This document shows, piece by piece, positions 47,526 through 55,265 of a stretch of 64,000 nucleotides of DNA. Origin of the DNA: Candidatus Latescibacterota bacterium (GTDB lineage: Bacteria > Latescibacterota > UBA2968). The position numbers and the translations under genes were made by a program. How positions within the stretch are numbered: the stretch's first letter is position 1; every line of letters begins with the position of its first letter. Below the pieces are notes generated by a model. It saw nothing but the letters and a program-made list of their open reading frames with translations, was not told the origin of the DNA and did no database searches. The stretch is taken from the NCBI GenBank assembly GCA_965204745.1, contig OZ242010.1:3072001-3136000 (forward strand), read 5' to 3'.

Positions 47526-48987
47526 AGATGTCGTGTATTTGATGTTTCGTTGACTATTGTTAAACATTGTTGGCTATGCTTGATTGGAAGGAGGTGGGCT
47601 TTGTTGCCCTATTGGAGCAGTTACGTAGCCGGGAAGAGTCGTGCGTTGTGGTTGCCTGGCGATTCGTCGTTGGCGGTGTTAGAGGGCTGGCAGAGCAAGA
47701 CGGGTGCGGCGTCGTGGTTTTCTGTGGCGCAGAGCATGGTGCGGAAGCACCGTGCGAAAAGTCTGTTCTGTCCTTTTGCCATCGGTTCTCTCGTTAGCAC
47801 GGCGAGCAACAAAGCCCTTGTGACGAAGGCGCGGAAGGTGCGTATCTCTCTGTCGGCTGATCAGCGTGCGCTGGTGAAGCATTGGATGGCTGGCAGTCGG
47901 TGGTGGTATAACAAGGCCGTCGAGCTGTACCGTGCAGGCTTCAAAGTGTCGGAGTATGACCTGCGTCGTATTGTCCGTGCGGTCAGTCCCAAGTGGTTTG
48001 CGGATGTTCCGAGCAAGATTCTGTGCGGTGCGATAGCCGATGCTCACCGGGCCAATCAAGCCGTATGGCGTAAGCGAAAGACAGGAGAAAAAGCAGCGTT
48101 GCATTATCGTAGCCGTAAGAATCCTATTCAATCCTTGTCGTTGTGCAATGTGGCGTGGAACAAGGATCGGTCAACGATCTATCCACTCAGTCTGGGACAA
48201 ATCCGCTTATCCCGCCCGGTTCCGGAAGCCCCGAAGGATGGGCGGCTTGTTGTTCATCAGGGCCGGTACTATGTGACCGTGCCCTATTCGAGTCCACGGC
48301 GCGTAGCCGAGAGCCAAGGGCGCGTCGTGGCACTCGATCCTGGTATTCGTCGTTTCTTGACGTTCTATTCTGAAACGGATTGTGGTAAAATTGGCGAAGG
48401 TGATTTTGGTCGCATCCAGCGGTTGTGTGCTCACCTGGATAGTTTGATTGGTCGTATGGTGAAAGCGTGCGGCTTTCTCAAGGTGCGCCTGAAGCGCGCC
48501 ATCGAGCGCCTGCGCTGGCGCATCCGCGACCTCATCGATGAACTTCACAAGCAGGCCGCACGCTGGCTTGTGGACAACTACGATGTCATCCTACTGCCGA
48601 CCTTCGAGACGAGCAAGATGGTGCAACGCGGCAAGCGTCGCCTTCGCCGCAAGTCTGTCCGCTCAATGTTGACTTTCGCCCATTATCGCTTCAAGCAATT
48701 CCTCAAGCACAAGGCTTTCGAGACCGGCAAGTTGGTCTTAGATGTGAATGAGGCATACACGTCCAAAACAGTCAGTTGGACAGGCGAGATTGTGAAGAAC
48801 TTGGGCGGAGCGAAAGTCATCCGTAGCAGAATGGATGGCCATACCATGGATCGAGATATCAATGGCGCACGGGGTATTTTTCTCCGTGCTTTGGGCGATA
48901 CACCCAAGTTGCGTGATTGCCTGGCGTAACTTGCACTGGTTGAACCACTATTGAAAGGTCAATAATGGTCAACAGAAAGGTATCAGG
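47526..48987 (+). mobile_element. Non-autonomous IS607-family element (tnpA mostly deleted, tnpB intact)
   Basis: GG at both junctions, right end ...aaaggtatcaGG; tnpA relic (LDWKEVGFVALLEQL); highly similar to the element at 62257-64000. Confidence 0.8.
47601..48929 (+). CDS. tnpB: RNA-guided endonuclease TnpB (IS607, rearranged-RuvC clade)
   Basis: ALDPG, VILLPTF, VNEAYTSK, DRDINGARGI; AAGGAGGT SD before TTG 47601/47604 (start inferred). Confidence 0.88.
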   Translation: MLPYWSSYVAGKSRALWLPGDSSLAVLEGWQSKTGAASWFSVAQSMVRKHRAKSLFCPFAIGSLVSTASNKALVTKARKVRISLSADQRALVKHWMAGSRWWYNKAVELYRAGFKVSEYDLRRIVRAVSPKWFADVPSKILCGAIADAHRANQAVWRKRKTGEKAALHYRSRKNPIQSLSLCNVAWNKDRSTIYPLSLGQIRLSRPVPEAPKDGRLVVHQGRYYVTVPYSSPRRVAESQGRVVALDPGIRRFLTFYSETDCGKIGEGDFGRIQRLCAHLDSLIGRMVKACGFLKVRLKRAIERLRWRIRDLIDELHKQAARWLVDNYDVILLPTFETSKMVQRGKRRLRRKSVRSMLTFAHYRFKQFLKHKAFETGKLVLDVNEAYTSKTVSWTGEIVKNLGGAKVIRSRMDGHTMDRDINGARGIFLRALGDTPKLRDCLA

Positions 48988-49242
48988 TGGAATTATGTAT
49001 TTTTTTGACTTCTTGTCTAACCGGCGAGAAAACCGTGTAGAGAGACTGCGCGAAGAGGCGCGAGAGGCGGAGCGTCAGGATTTGCGACGGGGGTTGGAGA
49101 AGGAGTTTGCGGGTGATCAGGGAGGTATGGAAAAGATCGAGAAGGTTTTTAATGGACGTTAACAGGTTGTAATGATGTGTATTTAGAGAATATCCTCTCA
49201 GGTGGGTTTTCTGTTGTCCATCTGGGGGGTATTTTTTAATAG

Positions 49243-49373
49243 GGGATTATTCCTGGTTTTGGAGAAGAAGCCTTGGCGCGGGTGAAAATCGGTGCCATCT
49301 TTGGGCATATCAACCCGAAAGACGAGATCATTATCAACCCCCAATTTGACGATGCGGGGGATTTTTCCAAATG
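49243..49373 (+). pseudogene. WG-repeat peptide remnant (paralog of 52307-52489)
   Basis: FGEEALARVKIGAIFGHINPKDEIIINPQFDDAGDFSK*. Confidence 0.65.
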
Positions 49374-49386
49374 ATCGCGGGTTTCT

Positions 49387-49412
49387 GGGCGACGCCTATT
49401 CTAAAGTCGCCC
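49387..49412 (+). repeat. Array hairpin R2
   Basis: Identical to R1 including upstream aatgatcgcgggtttct. Confidence 0.9.
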
Positions 49413-49752
49413 ACAATTTCACAGGATTAGGGAGATATTTTTATGGCAATAACGACAAGAGGGAGTAAGATCGAATTTGATAGGGCTATCGGAGAAGTGA
49501 AAAATGACGAGTCTCTGTATATTGCCCAAGAGAAATCCGCTGAGTCAGGTTTTGATGGATATAGACTTGTGCATAAGGATTATGATAGGAAGTCTGATGG
49601 TTTGTTGTTTCTCACTGATGGCAAGAATTTTAGGACATGGGTCAATGATCCTAGTGAAGTGGAGTTGTTGGTGTATGAGATGTTTATGAGGGATAATAGA
49701 GAAATTATTAGAACTCCACAGATTAGCATCCCTTCAAAGACTATTCCTGTTA

Positions 49753-50736
49753 ATGCGAATTAAGAGTAGAAAGCGAGTAAGAAGCAAGCCGCGGTCAATC
49801 GCCCAAAGACATGAACGAGTAAGCCCTCATAGGATCGTACCCGAGACGCCATCGAGATGTTCGTCTTTCGTTCAATCCAACTGAACAAGGCCTCAATCGG
49901 CTGTCGTATGCTCGAAACCGCCCGAGAATAGTCTTTTTCGGCTTCGGTCAGGCTTTCTTGTCCCTTCTTGCGCTTCACCGGCGTCTCGAAGATCAGGTTC
50001 TGCTGTTTGCTAAGCGTGTCTTTTAAGGGCTGATCGGCGTAGATTTTATCGCCGTAGAGGTGTCCATCACGCAAAACGGGTAAGACTTGTCGCAAAGCGG
50101 TCAGGTCATGCTCTGCTGCACCTGTCAAGCCGATGTACTCTGCTTTCGGGAGGCCGTTCTCACGGTCTTGTGCGACAATGTGCAGTTTGGTGCCGTAATA
50201 CCACATCTTTTTGGAAGCGCAGCGGCCTTTGTTGGCCAGTTGTTCTTCGGCCACACACGCCTGACCGCTGCGTGCCGATTGTGCCATGACAATCGGCATG
50301 GAATCCACCAAGTAGGTGTGTTCAGAGAGATCGGTTGCGGGACTGTCCTTTTGGATTTGTTCAATCAATGGCGCGAAGACCACACACAAGCGGTTCAACC
50401 GCTGGATATAGCCTGCATAAGTGGGCAGATGGGGAAACCAGTCGGAAAGATGATCCTTGGTATAGGTATAAATCGCCTTGATCTGCGTGTGCTGTTGCAT
50501 GATCCCAAACAAATAGATCGTCAGCACTTCTTCATCTGTGAAGGTCGGCGTATCGTTATTGCTCATGCGTTCCGTATAAAACCACAGATGCTTTTGGTCA
50601 TACTGCTGACAAATATAGACATACAAGTGAATGAGTTTATCTTGCCAATCCATCGCGTGCTCCTTCCTTTAAGGGTGAAATGACTGAGCCCTCAAGAAAA
50701 GACAAGTACGCGATGGATTCAACTCTTAATTCGCAT
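49753..50736 (-). mobile_element. IS982-family insertion sequence
   Basis: 15-bp perfect TIR ATGCGAATTAAGAGT / ACTCTTAATTCGCAT; 5-bp TSD TGTTA. Confidence 0.9.
49760..50653 (-). CDS. IS982-family DDE transposase
   Basis: VDSMPI, YYGTKLH, GDKIY, RQPIEALFS. Confidence 0.9.
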   Translation of the reverse strand: MDWQDKLIHLYVYICQQYDQKHLWFYTERMSNNDTPTFTDEEVLTIYLFGIMQQHTQIKAIYTYTKDHLSDWFPHLPTYAGYIQRLNRLCVVFAPLIEQIQKDSPATDLSEHTYLVDSMPIVMAQSARSGQACVAEEQLANKGRCASKKMWYYGTKLHIVAQDRENGLPKAEYIGLTGAAEHDLTALRQVLPVLRDGHLYGDKIYADQPLKDTLSKQQNLIFETPVKRKKGQESLTEAEKDYSRAVSSIRQPIEALFSWIERKTNISMASRVRSYEGLLVHVFGRLTAACFLLAFYS

Positions 50737-50843
50737 TGTTAATAAGAAAGGAAAAATTGTAAGTGTTTTCAAAGCCATTTTTAAGGTTTTCCCTTCTTTG
50801 TTTCGTTTTTTAGGTGTAGGGAAATAGTGTACGGTAAGGCCAC

Positions 50844-50869
50844 GGGCGACGCCTCTTTCAAAGTCGCCC
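50844..50869 (+). repeat. Array hairpin R3 (variant loop)
   Basis: gggcgacgcctctttcaaagtcgccc plus T-run; preceded by gtaaggccac as at R4. Confidence 0.85.
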
Positions 50870-51031
50870 CATTTTTTTATTTTGCAGTAAGCGTTGTAAG
50901 CGTTGATTCTGTCGCCTGGTGTTATCCGTATTGGGCGATCTCGTTTGCTATGGGTTTGGTGCGTCTTTGATGCAGAATAAGGGCTTGTGGGGCGTGCCTG
51001 ACAAACGCCCCAATTTCACAAGGAGAGGGAT

Positions 51032-52066
51032 ATGAGATTTTTTACAGTGGTGGCAATCGCAGTGTTCGCAGTGTTGGCAACAGCGGGTATCTCACACGGT
51101 TACGTGAACGGGTGGGAGAAGTGCATGGTCAATGAAGAAGAGTGGTATATTGATTGTGTTTTGATCGTTCCGATTCCTTTGAGTATGTATGACAGGAGTC
51201 CTTTCGATTATGGGGCTTTACATTATGAGGGGTTTGTTCATATACGTGAAGCGTATGATGGAGGCGAGAGACTACCTTCATACAGACCGTTGGAAGTTGT
51301 TAAAGGTCTTCGTTTTTATGAACATCAAGACCACACAGGTTCTGGACATCGTCGGTATTTAACTTTCAAGCCTGTGTTCAACAGTGACGGATACACTTCC
51401 GTGACAGACTACGAAGGAAATTACCATCGAGATATCAAGTGCGTTGAGATCGAAGAAGTGTCGGAGGTGGTCAGACCAGGACCAGGCGAAGACCTTGAGT
51501 TTTATTGTAAGAAAGACCGCCTTGTTGACAAGTTCAAGCCTTTGTATGAACAGAGAACTCCAGATACCGTTCATAATACGAACAACGTCTATGAAGGAAT
51601 GGTTTATTTAAGTCGCATTCAACGAGGTTTCACGCCTGACACTGTTGGGCGAAATCCTGTCATCAAGATTCTGACAAATAACAGGAACGGGAAATCTCTT
51701 GTCGCTATTGATCCAACCGTTTTTTACAAACGAGAAGCTGTCGGCGATAAATACGGTATGATGAGTCTATTCTCGCGGTTTAATGGAGGAGACAACCCTC
51801 AACACAATGTTTATACTCTGGAGAGTTTTATCGAGATGTCTGAAGCGGAGTATATGAGATTCAGAATGGTGTTCAGGCTCTACGACAAACGCGCTTGGCA
51901 CATGGTCGGTCAGACCGCCGCGCCCATACCAGAACCAACTCCGATAGATACAACTCTCACTGGAGATTTGAACGGCGACGGAGTTGTCAACATTGCGGAC
52001 TTCCTGATCCTTGCCGAGTGGTTTGGTTGCGAAACAGGTCAAAGTCCACCCAACTGCGAAAAATGA
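51032..52066 (+). CDS. Secreted protein with C-terminal dockerin/EF-hand-like motif
   Basis: Signal peptide, Pro/Thr linker, GDLNGDGVVNIADFLILAEWFG; AAGGAG RBS. Confidence 0.75.
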   Translation: MRFFTVVAIAVFAVLATAGISHGYVNGWEKCMVNEEEWYIDCVLIVPIPLSMYDRSPFDYGALHYEGFVHIREAYDGGERLPSYRPLEVVKGLRFYEHQDHTGSGHRRYLTFKPVFNSDGYTSVTDYEGNYHRDIKCVEIEEVSEVVRPGPGEDLEFYCKKDRLVDKFKPLYEQRTPDTVHNTNNVYEGMVYLSRIQRGFTPDTVGRNPVIKILTNNRNGKSLVAIDPTVFYKREAVGDKYGMMSLFSRFNGGDNPQHNVYTLESFIEMSEAEYMRFRMVFRLYDKRAWHMVGQTAAPIPEPTPIDTTLTGDLNGDGVVNIADFLILAEWFGCETGQSPPNCEK

Positions 52067-52261
52067 AAATGACACACAATCCTCCCCGTTCTCCGCTCGG
52101 TGATGCAACACGGGATTGACCTGTCGGCTGTTTACAGTTGCTACGGCCGGTGTTGAACCCGACGATACGAAAATTTTTGGTCAATTGACAAAAAATTCGT
52201 CCATTTTACGGCTTTATGTTTTGAGCGCGTGCTGATCGAGGGGTGAGTCAGTAAAGGCCAC

Positions 52262-52287
52262 GGGCGACGCCTATTCTAAATTCGCCC
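52262..52287 (+). repeat. Array hairpin R4
   Basis: gggcgacgcctattctaaattcgccc plus T-run. Confidence 0.85.
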
Positions 52288-52306
52288 CATTTTTTTTGAG
52301 GCAGCT

Positions 52307-52489
52307 ATGTTGAAGTATCTGTTGGCAGTGGTGATTTTGATGCTCGCAACACTCCTCGCTCCGCGTCCTATTTTTGGAGAAGCCGCATTGCCGCGGGTGA
52401 AAATCGGTGGCAAGTATGGGTTTATCAATAAGGTCGGCGAGATCGTTATCAAACCGCAATTTGACGATGCGGGGTCTTTTTCCAAATGA
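52307..52489 (+). CDS. Small secreted peptide with a single WG (KWG) repeat
   Basis: Signal peptide plus VKIGGKYGFINKVGEIVIKPQFDDAGSFSK. Confidence 0.6.
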   Translation: MLKYLLAVVILMLATLLAPRPIFGEAALPRVKIGGKYGFINKVGEIVIKPQFDDAGSFSK

Positions 52490-52501
52490 TCGCGGGTTTC
52501 T

Positions 52502-52527
52502 GGGCGACGCCTATTCTAAAGTCGCCC
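52502..52527 (+). repeat. Array hairpin R5
   Basis: Identical to R1 and R2 with the same upstream context. Confidence 0.9.
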
Positions 52528-52548
52528 ATTTTTTACAAGGAGCAGAAT

Positions 52549-52797
52549 ATGCGTCACCGAATTTTGTCAACAGGCTTGTGTATGACCGCGCTCACCGTGC
52601 TTGTCTTTGTGGTCTATCGGGTCGCGGTGCAACCCCATGCCCAAGGTAGCGCGACCACAGGGAAATTTCCCCGATTGCTGGACAGCGTGCGAAATATACA
52701 CAAGGTTGGGTTGACAACCTTTGAAGGAAAGACCGTAAGACGCCTGTTGGGGCGAATAATCATTCTCCCCAACATGAGGGCGCAGTCTTGTCGATAG
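52549..52797 (+). CDS. Small hypothetical protein with N-terminal hydrophobic segment (possibly truncated)
   Basis: AAGGAG RBS directly after R5. Confidence 0.45.
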   Translation: MRHRILSTGLCMTALTVLVFVVYRVAVQPHAQGSATTGKFPRLLDSVRNIHKVGLTTFEGKTVRRLLGRIIILPNMRAQSCR

Positions 52798-52817
52798 CAC
52801 GACCTACGCTGAAGTGT

Positions 52818-52989
52818 CACCTCGGAGGCCCTGCACCTCATTCAAAACGCTTACCCAGAAATGGACCTCAGTCCATATCACAACGAAAGGATTGCCAAGT
52901 GAAAAATGCCAACCTCCGGTACAGACAAGTTCATCTGGATTTTCACACCTCGGAACACTGCCCGAATGTCGGCGGGAAGTTCGACGAGG
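52818..52989 (+). repeat. 172-bp direct repeat, right copy
   Basis: Matches 46899-47070 with a few substitutions. Confidence 0.95.
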
Positions 52990-54887
52990 ATCAGTTCATC
53001 GGCACCCTGCGAAAAGGGCATGTGGATTCCGTGACGATCTTTGCCCAGTGCCATCACGGGTGGTGCTATTACCCCACGAAAACGGATATGCAGCACCCCA
53101 ACTTGCAAACCGATCTGGTCGGTCGGATGCTGGCCGCCGCGAAACAGGCCGACATCAACATGCCCGTGTACATCACCGTGCAATGGCACGAAAAAGCCGC
53201 ACGCGAACACCCCGAATGGCGCGCACGAAGGCCCGATGGCGGGTACCTGGGGCGGCCCGACAAACACCCCCATACGCCTTTGCCCCACGGCGGCTGGTAT
53301 CGCTTGTGTTGCAACACGCCCTACCTGGACGCGAGCGTGTTGCCCGTGTTGACCGAAGTGATGGAACTGTACGCGCCCTCGGGCATTTTTCTCGACATTA
53401 CCGGCGAATACGAATGCACATGCGATTGGTGCGTGGCGAGTATGAAAGAGAAAGGGCTGGATCCAAACCGCGCTGCGGATCGGGCGATTCACGCACGGGA
53501 TGTGTACAAGGAGTATTTGACCAAGACCACGGACATCGTTTGGAGTCGCAATCCGGATGCGACGATTTATCACAATGGGAGCGACAAAAAGGGCCGCCAC
53601 GACTTGTATCCCTACTGGTCGCACCACGAGATCGAATCGCTGCCGACCGGGATGTGGGGCTACAATCACTTTCCGACCAATGCGCGGTATTTCACCCATT
53701 TGCCCGATTGCAATGTGATCGCGCAAACCGGCAAGTTCCACCGGATGTGGGGCGAGTTTGGCGGCTTCAAAAATCCGGTCGCCTTGGAATACGAGGTCGG
53801 GCAGATCATTTCATTGAATTGCCGCTGCATGGTGGGCGATCAACTCCATCCAGAAGGCGAGATGGATGAAGAGACCTATCGCATCATCGGTTCGGCGTAT
53901 CAGCGCGTTGAAGAACGCGAGCCATGGCTGGTGGGGGCCGAGCATGTGGTGGATGTGGGCATTTTGGCCCCTTCGGCCGTGCATAAGAACCCGGCGTTGG
54001 AAGACAGCGAAGTGGGCGCGGGCCTGATGCTGATGGAAAACCAAATTCCGTTTTTGATGCTGGACGAGACGATGGATTTATCGCCCTATCAACTGCTGAT
54101 TTTGCCCGATAGCGTGCGCGTGGATGTCGCGCTGAAAGCAAAGCTCGATGCGTTTTTGGCGGATGGCGGCAAGTTGTTGTCCTCTGGCGAGAGCGGCTTG
54201 GATCCCGATGGCATGGGTTTTGTGTACGATATCGGCGCGGATTATGTCGGGCCATCTCCCCATGATGTGGAATACGTGGTGGTCGGGGACGAGATCGCCG
54301 CGAATTTGGTGCGGACCCCGTTCTTGGTGTACGAATCTGGCGTGGCGACAAAGGCGACGGATGGCGACGTGTTGGCGGAAGCGTGGAAACCGTATTTTAA
54401 CCGGACCTACGGCGCGTTCTGCTCCCACCGGAACACGCCGTTTGAGGGCGCTGCGGGTTGGCCCGCGGCGATTCGCAAGGGCAATGTCATTCACATTGCA
54501 CAACCGATTTTTCGAGTCTATGACGATCAGGGCATGCAGTTGCACCGCGATTTGGTGAAGAATTGTCTGGACTTGCTCTACGATGATCCCTTGTTGCAGG
54601 TGTCCCTGCCGTCGTGTGGCCGCGCAACTGTGACGCGGCAACCGCGAGCGGGAAATCGGCTGATCGTGCATTTGATGTACGCCAACCCCATCAAGCGGGG
54701 CGATACAGAGGTGATCGAAGATATCATTCCCCTGTATGGCGTTGCGGTCTCCGTAAAAACGGATCGCGCCGTGTCTCGCGTGTCTCTCGCGCCGGAAAAT
54801 GAGGACCTCGATTTTGAGATTGCCAACGGCCGCGTGTCCTTTGTCGTACCCAAGGTCGAGATGAATCAACTCGTGGCGATTGAATAG
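52899..54887 (+). CDS. Glycoside hydrolase, GH151 alpha-L-fucosidase-like, with beta-galactosidase trimerisation-like domain
   Basis: RQVHLDFHTS, FAQCHHGWCYYP, IFLD, EIESLPTG.WGY, TGKFH..WGEFGGFK, GDQLHP. Confidence 0.78.
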   Translation: MKNANLRYRQVHLDFHTSEHCPNVGGKFDEDQFIGTLRKGHVDSVTIFAQCHHGWCYYPTKTDMQHPNLQTDLVGRMLAAAKQADINMPVYITVQWHEKAAREHPEWRARRPDGGYLGRPDKHPHTPLPHGGWYRLCCNTPYLDASVLPVLTEVMELYAPSGIFLDITGEYECTCDWCVASMKEKGLDPNRAADRAIHARDVYKEYLTKTTDIVWSRNPDATIYHNGSDKKGRHDLYPYWSHHEIESLPTGMWGYNHFPTNARYFTHLPDCNVIAQTGKFHRMWGEFGGFKNPVALEYEVGQIISLNCRCMVGDQLHPEGEMDEETYRIIGSAYQRVEEREPWLVGAEHVVDVGILAPSAVHKNPALEDSEVGAGLMLMENQIPFLMLDETMDLSPYQLLILPDSVRVDVALKAKLDAFLADGGKLLSSGESGLDPDGMGFVYDIGADYVGPSPHDVEYVVVGDEIAANLVRTPFLVYESGVATKATDGDVLAEAWKPYFNRTYGAFCSHRNTPFEGAAGWPAAIRKGNVIHIAQPIFRVYDDQGMQLHRDLVKNCLDLLYDDPLLQVSLPSCGRATVTRQPRAGNRLIVHLMYANPIKRGDTEVIEDIIPLYGVAVSVKTDRAVSRVSLAPENEDLDFEIANGRVSFVVPKVEMNQLVAIE

Positions 54888-54966
54888 GGCTTCTTCCCTT
54901 TTGTGTTTCTGTGCCGCTCGTGGCTTTTGTGTTTCTGTGCCTTTTGTGGCTAAAAAGGAGATCACC

Positions 54967-55176
54967 ATGCAGACCAAACTCACGTTGCAGATGGATGATG
55001 AATTGATCGCACGGGCCAAAGCCCATGCAAAGAAGCGCGGAAAGTCGGTCTCGCAACTCGTTGCAGATTATTTTCGCATTCTGGAAAAAGTGGAACAAAA
55101 ACCGCCACCGAAAAAAAAATACGGCCCGATTACAGAGTCCTTGAGGGGGGCATTGCGCGGGGCAAAATCGGTTTGA
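54967..55176 (+). pseudogene. RHH antitoxin (DUF6364-like), 3' end cut by a MITE fragment; toxin absent
   Basis: MQTKLTLQMDDELIARAK...SVSQLVADYF; stop lies inside the MITE-derived ggtttgagaaa. Confidence 0.65.
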
Positions 55177-55265
55177 GAAATTGGAATAGTCACTCCTTAT
55201 CGGGACCTACCCCCCTAACCCCCCTTGCCTCTTACGCCTCTCACCTCTTACGTCTCACCTCTTAC
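55170..55265 (+). repeat. MITE fragment followed by heptamer repeats
   Basis: ggtttgagaaa...ctccttatcgggacctaccccctaaccccc matches ~2347-2400. Confidence 0.75.

Larger units (their letters stand above)
47284..49162 (+). pseudogene. Small membrane protein gene interrupted by the IS607 derivative
   Basis: AAGGAG RBS and GTG start; removing 47526-48987 rejoins ...SHFGG-GIMYFFDFLSNRRENRVERLREE in frame. Confidence 0.7.
49443..50827 (+). pseudogene. Low-GC hypothetical gene interrupted near its 3' end by IS982
   Basis: GGAG RBS; removing the IS and one TGTTA restores ...IPVNKKGKIVSVFKAIFKVFPSLFRFLGVGK*. Confidence 0.7.

Noticed and set aside
47526-48987. IStron (group I intron-IS607 chimera), since the element sits within an ORF
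   Set aside because: Only ~50 bp separate the left end from the tnpA relic, leaving no room for a group I intron core.
47235-52527. Integron attC array or CRISPR
   Set aside because: No RYYYAAC/GTTRRRY boxes or integrase; spacing is gene-sized and irregular. Kept as a different, unexplained array.
47095-52527. DGR variable/template repeats (WG tails plus hairpin)
   Set aside because: Differences between copies are not confined to adenines, and there is no reverse transcriptase in the window.
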